From the human T2T-CHM13v2.0 reference genome, Homo sapiens: a stretch of DNA of 64,000 bases. The stretch lies in the NCBI RefSeq assembly GCF_009914755.1, contig NC_060928.1; one strand, given 5' to 3'. The translations under genes and the position numbers were made by a program. Below are positions 43,300-58,542 of this stretch, in pieces; the first letter of the stretch is position 1; the number at the start of each line of letters is the position of its first letter. The notes under the pieces were generated by a model. That model had not been told where the DNA came from. It made no database searches and was given only the letters and a program-made list of their open reading frames with translations.

Positions 43300-44770
43300 A
43301 AAATACACTTTACAAGGGAGATTTACAAATGGCAAGCAAGCATCCTTAAAGGTGTTCAACATCATTAGTAATCATGAAATAATAATTAAAAGCTTAATGG
43401 GATACTACTAAATGCCTACCAGTAGCTACAATTTTAAAAAGAATGATGATGATGATATGGAGTAGTCAGGGCACACTTCCTTTGTGGGTGGGAGTATGAA
43501 ATGGTAAAACTCTTTTGACAACAGTTTACAGCATGGCTTATTGAATATTTTGAGCCCACTGTTGAGACCTACTGCTCGGGAAAAAAATAATTTTCTTTCA
43601 AAATATTACTGTTCATTGAATTTCCTAGGAACCATTATGAAAATTCAACAGATGGCATATCTGTATCTGTTCCTGTACTTTAATTGGTTTCATGGGTCTC
43701 TCTGTCTCTCCTTACTCCAACTGTCCTTGTTAATGTGTTTTATATTGTGCCTTGAAATCAGATAGTGTGGTTTCTCTTTGTTCTTCTTTTTCAAAATTGA
43801 GCTGTTATAAGTCTTTGCTTATTCATATAAATGGTATAAGTGATGTATCAATTTCTCAAAAACAGCTTAATGTGATTTTTATTTAACGTTGCATTGAATG
43901 TGCACACTGACTTGGGGAGAATTATCAGCTTAGCAATTTTGAGTTTTCTAATTTATAAACATGATATTGACACTTTGTTATTTGCTTCAGTCTTTTTATC
44001 TTTTTTTTTGCAGCCTTGTGATATACAGCATAGAATTCTTGTTCATCTTTTGTTCAATTTATTCTTAAGTGTTTTATAATTCTGATGCTATGGTAAATGG
44101 TATTTTAAAAATTCTATTTTCAAATATTTTGCTGGTATAACACAGAAATAAAGTAGACTTTTACATATTGTCTTTTTATCTTCAAATTTTATTAAATTCA
44201 CTTATTGGTTCAGTATATTTTATAATTTATTTTTAGTTTTCTGTATTAATGACAATTTTATCTGCAAATAAGGACAGTTTTATTTCTTCCTTTTTCATTT
44301 TTATGTCTTTATTTCTTTTTTAAAACTTACTTCACTGCCTATAACCATTAGCATAAAATAGAGTTGAAATACTGAGACTAGAAATAATTGTCTTGCTCTT
44401 TTTGAAGTAGATCAAGTGTTATTCAAATCATTTGTACATTAATTAATATTTTTGTCTACTTCTATTAGTTACTTAACGGTATTAAAATTTCTAACTGTGA
44501 TTGAAGATAATACCTGTTGTAAGTTCTAATTGGTAGTTTTGTTTCATGTAATTTGAAGCTTATTTAGTAAGCATGTATAAATTTATAATTTTTTTTATTT
44601 ATTGACCATTTATCATTATGAAATGTGCTTATGTATCTCTGATAATACTTGTTTTCTTGCAGTCTGTTTTGCTGAATATTTATAAGGCCACTCTAGACTT
44701 CATATGGTACTGGTTGCATGGTGTTTTTCTTTCCATTCTTTGATTTTCAATCTGTATATGCCTGAATTTA
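43300..44770. mobile_element. Ancient L1M fragments in both orientations
   Basis: Sense fragment 43300-43540 (gttcaacatcattagtaatca) followed by antisense L1-like AT-rich sequence. Confidence 0.5.
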
Positions 44771-45850
44771 AGCAATTTTTTTTCAAACCATCACAGAAAG
44801 CTGGCTGGATATAGTTCAATACAAAACTTTCACAACTTCCATTTACTACAAAGAACGGTCTTGTGCACAGCAACATTGTGGTCTATTTCTAATACATGAG
44901 CCACCACATGTTTTCCTGTTCTATGACATAATCCCTCCCGGTCATAGCATTCATCAGTCTGGTCTCAAATTCAAGTTAGGGAAAAAAAGTCAAAACTGTT
45001 TCTAACGTCAGAAATATATTGTGTTCCAAAGAAAATAACTTCCTGTCTGATTTACTAATACTGCAATTTTTGGAAATCAAAATGATTCAAAGTAAAATAT
45101 TTTGTTAAAGCAATTTGGTCAATTTACTCTTCAGAGGAAGTCACGCTTTAAAATCCCAAAATGCTAGTAAGAAACTTATAGTCCAACATTAGCCAGAATT
45201 TCTAGGATTTTGTGACTTTTGGCTTGGCATTGCAACACCTTTTATGTCAGTGTGAGCAATTTCCTAATTCCCAATTCTTATACTAAAAAATAACATTTAA
45301 AATATGCATGAAAATAGTTATTCACTGGAAATTCATAATGAGATTTAATGAATTAGTGGCAAAAAATCAACTCTAAGACATATTTTTTTCTTATTTTTTT
45401 CTTTTGATCTTTGTTTTGTCGATGTGGTGAGGGCACTGGTGGTAGTGGTGGTGTACTTGTGTGTTTGTCTTTTAAGTTCATGAACATTGCCTGGGATACT
45501 TGTCAAATGTTAGGTCTTCCCTATTTTTTCAAGCAGTGACAAGGAAGGAAAAAGACGGTTTTGAATGTCTAGGAAATACAAAAATCACACATATACAAAT
45601 ATATTACAATTATTCCTATTAAAACGGCAATCCTGAGGTTCTACTATATATTAAATGAGAATTAAATATATTATGAAGTAATACAGAAGACAGTATCTGC
45701 TGAAAAATACAAGTTATGAAGGTAATGTTGATCAGAAATTATATATCAAACAAGCATTATTTAGCACAGTATTAGAAATCTAACTTACATAAAAGACTTT
45801 TGTAGTATAGAAATGCCTTCTCAAAGTTATTTAAAATATCTAACATTAAA

Positions 45851-45852
45851 AT

Positions 45853-45890
<38 letters not shown>
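45851..45890. repeat. (TA)n microsatellite
   Basis: Directly visible. Confidence 0.95.
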
Positions 45891-45892
<2 letters not shown>

Positions 45893-48800
45893 TTCCTTAG
45901 CCCAGAAGAAATTTTTGAAGAAAGCAATGAAGACTTCCTGTTTCTGAAAAACTTAAGGCTTTTAGAAACATTTAAAACTTTAATTCTTATCTTTTTTTAT
46001 CCTATGTAGCAACTCTTGTTGTCAACAAAAACTTTTCTAACGTTTGCACAGTTGGACAACAGATAACTAGCTGCCCCATCCACACAAGAGGTGGGGAAGA
46101 GAAGCCCAGCTATGATTATTTGAAATCTAGCTCAGTACAGACTAAGTCAAGGTTCATTGATTTAGTCCTCAAACAGATATAATCTGAAATGAGCAGCAAG
46201 GAAAATTAGATAATTGGCAAAAGGAAGAAAAATATTCCTGGCATTTCAAAGCAAAGGTGAAGCAACCCTGGAGCAAAGTCATTCCCTGGATGATAGTACT
46301 TCTTCATTGGACTACCAGCTCAATTTAGGAGACAGACTGCATTCACATTGCAAAGTAAACTCAGCAGTTGCTGGTGTTTTTTCCTTTTTCTTTGCATACA
46401 TGCAAGTTACTCTATCCTCCACTTAAACTCTTATTGCCTTCCTTATACTGAAACACTTGATATGCTTAACCTGATAATAATTATTGCAATTATATAGCAT
46501 TTCTTAAAGGTAATACAAAGAATGGTGAATATAAAAAATAAAATCTTGGAAAAAACATTTGAAAAGGCCTAACCTAAGCCAAATACTAAATCATATAATT
46601 AAAGGCTTCTCTAGTTAGAAAAAATCAATTTAGAATGACATACACACACTGTTAACATTCAACGCAGTGTAATGTAATCAGATTTTTCCATTGTCATTTA
46701 TCTCCAACAATCTCTATGTCACAAAAACTATGTAATTTGGTTAATACATTAGTTATATGTATTTTTTCTTTTAATATCAAGTGCCTTGCCGGATTCTGAA
46801 CATTCTTTTGAACAGTTTGAATTCAAAGACAGAAAATATCGTTGATATCATTCTAACTTTCCCTAAGAATAACCCAGAAATAATTTCCCACATAGGAGGC
46901 AGCCAATTCAAAATTGTAAAGTTTAAAAAAATACAGGAGTTAATGACAATAAACAGCCCCATTCTTTTCTCTTTAAGATCTACTTGTAAGGTAAAGAACA
47001 CCGTAAAATTAAAAAGTTGTTATCATTATCCATCACCAAGTGCTCATAGACTGTTCGCTGTTGAACTAAGAAATTATGTGAGGTTGTGTGAGAAATGTAA
47101 GATATCGTCACTGATTTTAAGGAGTTCGTAGTTGACTTGAGGGAGATAAAAGTAAAATTAAGGAGTAATTAAACTCTGCCTCATGCAGTGGTTATTGTAA
47201 GTACACTAGATGTTCGAAGAGCAAAGGTGGAAGGAATACTCTATTCTGGCTTTGTCAGAATAAGCTTTTTCAAAGACAGGACTTTGAATTTGCCTTGAAG
47301 AAAGTGAGGGATATAGAAAGTGGTTTCAAGTTGAATATGTTGGAAGTCTCTTTTACCCTTGATATTACTGTGGTCCCAAAGATAGGAGTGAATGGATTGA
47401 GGTTCTCAATAACTTAAAATGTGGTTTCTGGGAAATATAATAAAGTGGTTACCCAGATTGTGGAAAGCCACTGTGGGGTGTTTGCCAGCAACTGTGAAGA
47501 AAGTGGTTTGTAATCTGGAAACTATTAAAAATTACTGGGGCACGTTCTCTGGTGTTTAACTGCCAATTCTGGATTTTCTATTACTTAACTCATTCTCTGG
47601 GAGAGAGATTTTTTTTTTTTTAATCAGCCTCAAAGAATAAATGTGAAGCTCAAGAAATAATGAGCATAAAAGTGTTTTGAACGCCACAAACTCTTTGGAA
47701 TGTTTTCATTCATATTATATTAATCTGTGGTACAATGACTAAAATAGGATTGATTTTGACAGGGAGTAAACTTTTCAGGCCATCAGGATGCAAATGGCAT
47801 TGGAAGAATTTTTCCCTTATTGTTGGGAACAAAAATAACACAGAGCTTTTCTCTACCAGCTGGACACAGTGCAGGTAACACAAATGGTTTTCCTTTAAAC
47901 TAGTGAAAAGGGAGCAATGACTTTTAAAGTCCTATGTCTGTCGTAGTTCTTCATGCTTTCCATCTTAACCTCAGGGGATCTTTGCATCATTCATGTTCCC
48001 TCCTGTATTTTTACAAGGCCAACATCAGAGAATGCCTAGATAGAAGCCAGACATGGACAATGACCCAGGCTGATTTTCATGGGAAGCCAGGAAAAGCGAC
48101 ACATTGCTTCCTGATTAGGTTGGGTAACCCAACAACTCACTTTTATTGGGGACTTTCTATTACTTGCTTATCAACTGCAGAAATATTTTTTCTTCTTACA
48201 TTCTATAAATAATCCTTTGTGAATTGATTCAGAGTGCAAAGCAGGTAAGACATGTGTACTTATAAGACCATCAGGAGGAACTGGCAATCTTGTCTCATGA
48301 TTCCTCTCTGATTTTACCATTTGGTGCCAAAAACAAATTCATATGTTCATTTATGTTTAAAATGGCTTATTCAGAACTAACCCACATACAGACAGGGAGA
48401 GAGAGTTTAAAAGTCAATAACCTATGTCATCTCTAAACTTTTTTTTAAACAAAGCCTTATACTGTGGTTTATTCCCTGTGGTTAAGTTGAATTAATTGCC
48501 TAGGAGCTGAGTCACATTTTTGAAGTTTTGTCTTAGCCATTTCAGCAAGGCTTATCTTTTGTCTTTAGACACATTCTAATCTTTAAAATGTCAATATGCT
48601 AAATCTGCAGGCTGTTTTCTACAGATTACCACTCCCCAAAAAGATGAAGGATTCCATTTGCTGAGTCAGGTATGATGTTGATGGTGTCAGGAAGCTGTGA
48701 GAACTTCTCATTTAGCTTCCCACAAACTGAAGGCCAAACCACCCAGCCTTCCTCAGCCAATGAATTTCTTGTTTCCTTCCAGAATCAAAATTGTAAAGGT

Positions 48801-49947
48801 CTGTGACACCTCTTTCTTGCTCACCAATGGAGGTGACAGGAGAGGAAGTTAATAAAATTCCCCAGTGTCACAAGGGACAAGGAAAAGAGTTGTGTTCCAT
48901 AACTGGCTTCTCAATGCCGTCATGTTTACTGATGACCTTTGCTGGCCTGCACTGAGGACAAAGTTCTTCAGAACCAGCCAGAAGAGGATCTAGTTAGACT
49001 TCTGTGAAAGAAAGTGTATGTGCCATTCCAGTGCCGTACTCATGCCTGCCATGGAGCAAGACGGTGGAAGACACTTAAACCTTCAGTGCTTTAACTCCTC
49101 CATGGATAACAAAGAAGGAGAGAGGGAGAAGCTGGAAGCTACTTCACCCTTCAATTTCAGGAGGCAGTGCAGGGCTCACTGGGGACTAGAACAGGTCTGC
49201 AGAAACAGCCTTGGTCACCAGTAATCATGAAATTAGATGGTTCCAGAAGCCTATGGGGAGAATTCCTCCCCCCATGAGGTTGTTTGGGGGAAAACAGACT
49301 GGGTGCTATTATGCTGCCCAATTGATGCAAATCTCTAGAAGAAGCTTTCACATGAGCCCCTCAAACTCATCAACCTCCTACGGCATCTCCAAATGGTGTC
49401 AAATACACACCTGGGGGTGGGACCAGAGCTGGGGCAGGCCCGGGCTCCCTGGCAAACTTCAGTCTATGCTCACCATACTACACTTCACTCCCAATAAGAC
49501 CAAAACCTCTTCCAATTCAATAGCATAGCAACCGCCAAAAGTACATTTTATCTTCCATGGCAATTTGCTGGGTGATTTTTGTTTGAAGATATTTTTGTTT
49601 ATTAAACTGCCTCAACACACATATGCTTGCTAAACTACAAGTATACAATTTCTAATAAACAGATTTCACTTTGGGGCCAATTCAGGCAACTTGTTGACTT
49701 CAGGTGGGGATAGAGCCTCTTTCATCACGTTATCTTGGCTTCTAAAGCTGTTTGAAATCCAGATAATCAAAAAGTCATTCAAGAAACCTAGAATGACCTG
49801 CCTGCAAGAAGAGGAAGGACTCTCAGTTTAGGGCAATAATCATGAATAACATTTCCTGAATAATAGTAATAATAATTAGAAAGGATTGACTTTCAGAAAT
49901 TTTTCTCAAGTCAAAGCTTCCACTACTATGGTTCCAACTTTTCTCTC

Positions 49948-52009
<2,062 letters not shown>

Positions 52010-52106
52010 TCAGAGAAGCCAGCCTCGCTAACCCCTCAAGCCCAGGGGATGAGACCCTCCTGAATCGCTGCTCTATTTTGGCTGGAGCCACAGCTCCCTC
52101 CACCGC

Positions 52107-52116
52107 GGGGCGGGGC
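52107..52116 (+). promoter_or_regulatory. GC box (Sp1/KLF) GGGGCGGGGC
   Basis: Exact consensus about 290 bp upstream of the CXCL6 ATG. Confidence 0.6.
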
Positions 52117-52233
52117 TAAAATGTCCTCCCCCTTAAGGGAGCAGGCAGCTCCTCCCAGCCACCCACCCCACCAATTCCCATCCTCCCGCCCCCCTCCACC
52201 AACCCCTTCTTTCCACACTGCCCCCTGAGTTCA

Positions 52234-52244
52234 GGGAATTTCCC
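52234..52244 (+). promoter_or_regulatory. NF-kB site GGGAATTTCCC of the CXCL6 promoter
   Basis: Perfect kB consensus at the proximal position typical of ELR+ CXC chemokine promoters. Confidence 0.88.
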
Positions 52245-52292
52245 CAGCATCCCAAAGCTTGAGTTTCCTGCCAGTCGGGAGGGATGAATGCA

Positions 52293-52298
52293 GATAAA
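52293..52298 (+). promoter_or_regulatory. TATA-like element GATAAA
   Basis: Only AT-rich hexamer between the kB site and the ATG; predicts a TSS near 52325. Confidence 0.55.
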
Positions 52299-52396
52299 GG
52301 GAGTGCAGAAGGCACGAGGAAACCAAAGTGCTCTGTATCCTCCAGTCTCCGCGCCTCCACCCAGCTCAGGAACCCGCGAACCCTCTCTTGACCACT

Positions 52397-52505
52397 ATGA
52401 GCCTCCCGTCCAGCCGCGCGGCCCGTGTCCCGGGTCCTTCGGGCTCCTTGTGCGCGCTGCTCGCGCTGCTGCTCCTGCTGACGCCGCCGGGGCCCCTCGC
52501 CAGCG
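52397..52505 (+). CDS. CXCL6: CXCL6 exon 1 coding part (signal peptide), CpG-rich
   Basis: accactATGagc start; donor g|gtgaga. Confidence 0.97.
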
Positions 52506-53287
52506 GTGAGAGCTCCTGGCACTGGGGTGCATCCCAGCCTCTGCGGGGCCGCTGCGTTCCAGGGAACTCTCCCAGCAACCTGCCCTATAAAAATGTCTTT
52601 CTTCCCCAGCTGGTCCTGTCTCTGCTGTGCTGACAGAGCTGCGTTGCACTTGTTTACGCGTTACGCTGAGAGTAAACCCCAAAACGATTGGTAAACTGCA
52701 GGTGTTCCCCGCAGGCCCGCAGTGCTCCAAGGTGGAAGTGGTGTAAGTTCTCCTGTGTTGCTGTGTCCACTGTGACTTAGGCAAGTCCTCCAGCCTGGGT
52801 CGTCAACCTTTGTGGCTCATGGGTGCATCCTCTTTTTCTTTACTTCAGAGCCTCCCTGAAGAACGGGAAGCAAGTTTGTCTGGACCCGGAAGCCCCTTTT
52901 CTAAAGAAAGTCATCCAGAAAATTTTGGACAGGTATTTGTCCCTTTGATCTTTGTGGTGTTTTAATATCTTCTATGGAAAGCATATACTTCACAATGTCC
53001 TTATTCTCTCTGTAGGATTTAGACTATGCTTAGAATTATAAGGTTGTTAAGAAGAATAAGGAAACTTTTTTTCTGGAATGTTCTGGGTAAACCTTTATCA
53101 CCAATCTTACATGCCTGAACAATTACACAGAGCTCATTACTGACATCTATTTTTTGTCTGCTCTTTGCTTTTATTGATTTTTTTCCCCCACCAAACGCTT
53201 TTGAAAACCAAATGTAGCATACAAGAGTGTGGGAATTGGTTATACTAATATAACTCTTTTCTCAACAGTGGAAACAAGAAAAACTGA
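52397..53287 (+). CDS. CXCL6: C-X-C motif chemokine ligand 6 (GCP-2), 114 aa, 4 exons: join(52397-52505,52610-52742,52849-52932,53269-53287)
   Basis: Spliced translation [114 protein letters not shown]; 109+133+84+19=345 nt; all introns GT-AG; signal peptide, ELR-CxC and four Cys. Confidence 0.98.
52610..52742 (+). CDS. CXCL6: CXCL6 exon 2 (ELR 52636-52644, CTC 52645-52653)
   Basis: Acceptor ctttcttccccag|; donor gt|gtaagt. Confidence 0.97.
52849..52932 (+). CDS. CXCL6: CXCL6 exon 3
   Basis: Acceptor ctttttctttacttcag|; encodes [27 protein letters not shown]; donor ag|gtattt. Confidence 0.97.
53269..53287 (+). CDS. CXCL6: CXCL6 exon 4 coding part (GNKKN*)
   Basis: Acceptor ctcttttctcaacag|; TGA at 53285-53287. 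Confidence 0.95.
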
Positions 53288-54410
53288 GTAACAAAAAAGA
53301 CCATGCATCATAAAATTGCCCAGTCTTCAGCGGAGCAGTTTTCTGGAGATCCCTGGACCCAGTAAGAATAAGAAGGAAGGGTTGGTTTTTTTCCATTTTC
53401 TACATGGATTCCCTACTTTGAAGAGTGTGGGGGAAAGCCTACGCTTCTCCCTGAAGTTTACAGCTCAGCTAATGAAGTACTAATATAGTATTTCCACTAT
53501 TTACTGTTATTTTACCTGATAAGTTATTGAACCCTTTGGCAATTGACCATATTGTGAGCAAAGAATCACTGGTTATTAGTCTTTCAATGAATATTGAATT
53601 GAAGATAACTATTGTATTTCTATCATACATTCCTTAAAGTCTTACCGAAAAGGCTGTGGATTTCGTATGGAAATAATGTTTTATTAGTGTGCTGTTGAGG
53701 GAGGTATCCTGTTGTTCTTACTCACTCTTCTCATAAAATAGGAAATATTTTAGTTCTGTTTCTTGGGGAATATGTTACTCTTTACCCTAGGATGCTATTT
53801 AAGTTGTACTGTATTAGAACACTGGGTGTGTCATACCGTTATCTGTGCAGAATATATTTCCTTATTCAGAATTTCTAAAAATTTAAGTTCTGTAAGGGCT
53901 AATATATTCTCTTCCTATGGTTTTAGACGTTTGATGTCTTCTTAGTATGGCATAATGTCATGATTTACTCATTAAACTTTGATTTTGTATGCTATTTTTT
54001 CACTATAGGATGACTATAATTCTGGTCACTAAATATACACTTTAGATAGATGAAGAAGCCCAAAAACAGATAAATTCCTGATTGCTAATTTACATAGAAA
54101 TGTATTCTCTTGGTTTTTTAAATAAAAGCAAAATTAACAATGATCTGTGCTCTGAAAGTTTTGAAAATATATTTGAACAATTTGAATATAAATTCATCAT
54201 TTAGTCCTCAAAATATATACAGCATTGCTAAGATTTTCAGATATCTATTGTGGATCTTTTAAAGGTTTTGACCATTTTGTTATGAGGAATTATACATGTA
54301 TCACATTCACTATATTAAAATTGCACTTTTATTTTTTCCTGTGTGTCATGTTGGTTTTTGGTACTTGTATTGTCATTTGGAGAAACAATAAAAGATTTCT
54401 AAACCACTGA
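53288..54410 (+). promoter_or_regulatory. CXCL6 3' UTR with dispersed AU-rich elements
   Basis: ATTTA at 53499, 53797, 53881, 53963 and 54088; U-rich throughout. Confidence 0.75.
54387..54392 (+). terminator. Polyadenylation signal AATAAA (distal); alternative AATAAA at 54121-54126
   Basis: AATAAA followed about 20 nt later by a GT/T-rich element (tgatgttgtttctcc). Confidence 0.75.
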
Positions 54411-56304
54411 TGTTGTTTCTCCTTCTTATACAGTTACTATTTATCTTTAATTCTACATTATTCAAAATATTACCTCTGCTCTTCTCTGGCTGGCAGAGAG
54501 GGCCCTCATTACCCAATACCATTGCATTGGTTCAACTTTTCTCCATGTTCAGCCCCCTTCCAGTTACTCCTTCACAGCACCAATAGCCTCTGGGGTCTTT
54601 AGAAAACACAAATAGGATAAGATTTTCCTATCTAAATTCTTAAATGGCTCCCTGTTTCCTAGACATGAAATAAAAGTTGCTAAACATGATGAATGAGGTT
54701 CTGTCTCATCTCACTCCTGATCATCGGTACTTCAACTTCCCTTGTGCCTCACATTCACTATAGTCAGGCGTTCAGTTCCCTAACTAGGCATGTTCTTTCC
54801 CCAGGCTCATGACTTTGTATTTGCTAGGGTCTCTACCTGGAAAGCATTTACGTTTTCCTGCGTATAAGAGGAGGCTTATTCATCCTTCAGAACTCAGTTC
54901 AAGCAATATCTCCTTCGTGAATTTTCCTTGGCACACTCAGCAAAGCTTGTGGTTTGCATCTTGGTGTTCTCATAGCATCTTCTAGACATCTGCACTACAA
55001 CAAATATATTCCATTGCTTTTATTTGTTTATAGGTTTCTTCATCTAACTGTATTAAGAGCTCTCCTAGAACATCGACCATATTTCATCCAACTCTGCATT
55101 CCAAATGTGTGGCATGGAATGACTTAATGAATTAATAAGTTATCCTGACCCTCAGGTAGTCAGATGTTATACTAAAATCAATAATCTGGCTCATGGTAGA
55201 TTTTGATTAAATTGTAATTTGTTCACCTTCTTTTCTCCTTCTTGTCTACAGGTAATCCAACAGGGCTTTAGCATGTGTAATCCACCCACCCCTCATTTTC
55301 ACTTAGCTACCTCCCATCTTTCCTTCCTTTGGGGATAGCTTACATATCATTTTCTTGATACAATCTTTATAACTCTTACTCCTCCCAGATTAAGATCCCT
55401 TTTATATACTGTCATAGCACTCTGTACTTTTTATTCATAACATTTTCTCATGAAGGTGACTTTAGAGTTTATAGAGCATATAGACATGTGGTCATGTGTT
55501 TAGAGTCTATCTATTCTAGCTTCACTGTAAGTTCTATGAGAGCAGGGACAATGTTTATCATCTTTATCTCAGTTCCTGGTACAATGCCTAGCACATAGTG
55601 TATATTTAAACAAATGAGTGATCTGGTTAAACAAGTCTCTCTGTTTCTCTAGTATTAAAAGTGTCGTTTCATATAAAATACCTGTTCTTAGGAAAAGCAA
55701 GAAAATGAAACGAAGAAGACTAACCGAATTAGTATGTGTATACATACATTCACACTGCAGCTGGATTAATATATTATATATGCTTATATTGGCACGTACT
55801 TGTATACTTTAGTATATCTAACCTAGGCTTTCCTGTATGTTTTATCTCTCTCTTTATATGTAAAATATAAATTGGATTAATATTTTTTAATTATTATATA
55901 TTGATATATTTAAATAACAGAGAGAGAAAGAGACACAAAGATATGAAAAAACTTAAAAAGTAGATTCAGAGATGGGTTTTCTAATCATTTTTTCAACAAT
56001 AAAAAAGTACAAAATATCTCTAATTTTTTAAAATGCATTAAACTTCTGTGGTCTCTTTTTGCTCTCTCAAATGGTATTTTTTTTTGAACTTATGGATGAT
56101 ACAGTAATTCTGGGGAAATACTAGAAAGCAAACCAAATTACAAAAATGAGCTCTAAATTTCAGTGTTTAAAACAATCCCTGCTATGTCACATTAACTCCA
56201 AAATACTTATTGAAAAATGCTTGATTATAAAAGATTAAAGAATATTAAATGCCCTTTGTACAGGTGAAATATAAGCTTCATAAAGAAATAAACATTGCTG
56301 GTTA

Positions 56305-56533
<229 letters not shown>

Positions 56534-57546
56534 TGGTTTTTTGTTTGTTTGTTTTTTTGTTTGTTTGTTTGTTTTTATCATCAAGCTCTGTTTTTTTAAG
56601 AAGCAACACTTGTAAGTTTAGTTTGTTCATAGAAATAGAATGAAACATGATTTCTAATATTCTTGCAATTCTAGTTGTCAGGCCCATTCCGCAAATGGTC
56701 ACTCTATAGAGAAAATAGATTACAGTATATTACTGAAGAGTAACCTATACAAGCAACTCAATGATAGCTACTGTTCACTCTTTCAACCATTCCTAGTTGA
56801 TCTTTCTACTAGCAAACTCAAGGACTAACATATTTGGGGAAACTTAATCTAATGTAAATATCCTAGGGATAAGTCTTCTAGTTTCTTCATACTAACCCCT
56901 AAATACTATTTTCACTCTGTTATCCGTCTGAAACTCTATCTTATGTATAAAGTCACTAGATATTGAACAAATGCTCAGCTAAAATCTACTCTGTTACTGC
57001 TCCAATCCAGACAATTTTAAATGTATAATTAATGTCCTTCATTATACCAGAATTTCCTGTTTGCCTCTATGTGTGACGCATTCATATAATCCTTCAATTC
57101 CTGAAGGTATGACAAGATCTATGATAAAATATGACTAGTGGCTTTGTTTTTCTATCATGATTTTAATTCTTGCTTAAGGAAAATAATTGCTGTGGATAAC
57201 TCTCATGTTGTATATAACTTCAAAATACCTTCCTGTATGTTACAAAATGAGAAATTTACCAGATGGAAGGAGCACTTGGGGATTTCTAGTTGCCTCCCTG
57301 ACTAAATCAAGGAAGAGGAGGAGAAGGTACCATGATTTGGATTTTGGCTGACAGTCCTGGTTCATTCTTAGTCAGAAAAATTAATGTTATATTCCTAAGA
57401 AGGATTGTTCATACCTCAAATATGTGGAGTGAGATAAGAACATAGAAAGACCTAGAGTTTGGGTGTATAATTTTGTTTCTACAAATTTCAAAGTTCTGTT
57501 TCTGAAACATAGATAAGTTGCAAGGACGCTTCTCTGGAAAATCCAC

Positions 57547-57738
57547 TTTTTTTTTTTTTTTTTTTTTGATGGAGTCTCGCTCTGTTGCCCAGGCTGGTGT
57601 GCAGTGGCGCAATCTCAGCTCACTGCAAGCTCCATCTCCTGGGTTCATGCCATTCTCTTGCCTCAGCCTCCTGAGTAGCTGGGACTACAGGTGCCTGCCA
57701 CCACAGCCAGCTAATTTTTTGTATTTTTAACAGAGACG
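57547..57738 (-). mobile_element. Truncated AluY (right monomer and linker)
   Basis: Poly-T plus gatggagtctcgctctg...ctgcaagctcc...gtatttttaacagagac. Confidence 0.88.
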
Positions 57739-58542
57739 TTTCTCTAACACATAAATTTATGTTTGTTTTTAATCTACCTCTAGGGTTAGATAAAGAGAAA
57801 ACTAGTTGACTTACTTCCAGCAAGAGAAGCTAATTATACTTCTTTATATTTTGTGGTGCAGTACAGAATTAGAGCAATTGCATTTCAAATCTAGTTTTGT
57901 GTATTTCCAGCTATGTGAACTTGACAATTTGTTTCACATCTACCTTCCCCAGCTTCCTCACCTGTAAAATCAGTATAATAGCTATCTCACAGGCACTACC
58001 CTGGAACAAAGTAGATTCTTGGTAAATATTATTAATAATTTCTTTCCCAAGACTCCTAGTTCAAACTCCCCCTTACAAATGAGAAAACTGAGAACTTAGT
58101 AGTTTAAACATACTTATTTTTTTCTTAATTTATTTATATTCTTTTTACATATGCATGACTAATTATTAGTACTCCTAAAATTTTTTCTATGAGTCTTTTT
58201 ATAGAAGCTTTTGAAAGCTGTATATTCTATTTTTTGTGAAGTACATGGTAACTATCAAAAATTATGATGTATTTTCCTTCATATAAACATTCTTCAATCA
58301 AATATCAATTTATTAACCTTTATTGATAATCTTGTTACATACCTGACCCTATGCAAGATCCTTATAAATCTGGAAATTATAAAAATGAAGAGCTTTCTGT
58401 CTGAGTTAAGATCTCTTTACAGCAAATATACTGTTTCCCACAGAACAAAGATTTTCTAATAAGGGGAGAGAAAGAAAGGGGAGGAGAGGTGAGGGGAGGG
58501 ACTAGGAGAAAGGAAAAGGAGAAGTAAGAAAGAAGGAGGAGA

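Noticed and set aside
52036-52784. Antisense and alternative-frame ORFs over the CXCL6 promoter and exons 1-2
   Set aside because: Expected by-product of GC-rich sequence; the spliced CXCL6 frame explains the region
52397-53287. Identification as CXCL5 (ENA-78)
   Set aside because: Mature sequence [38 protein letters not shown] is CXCL6; CXCL5 reads [39 protein letters not shown]
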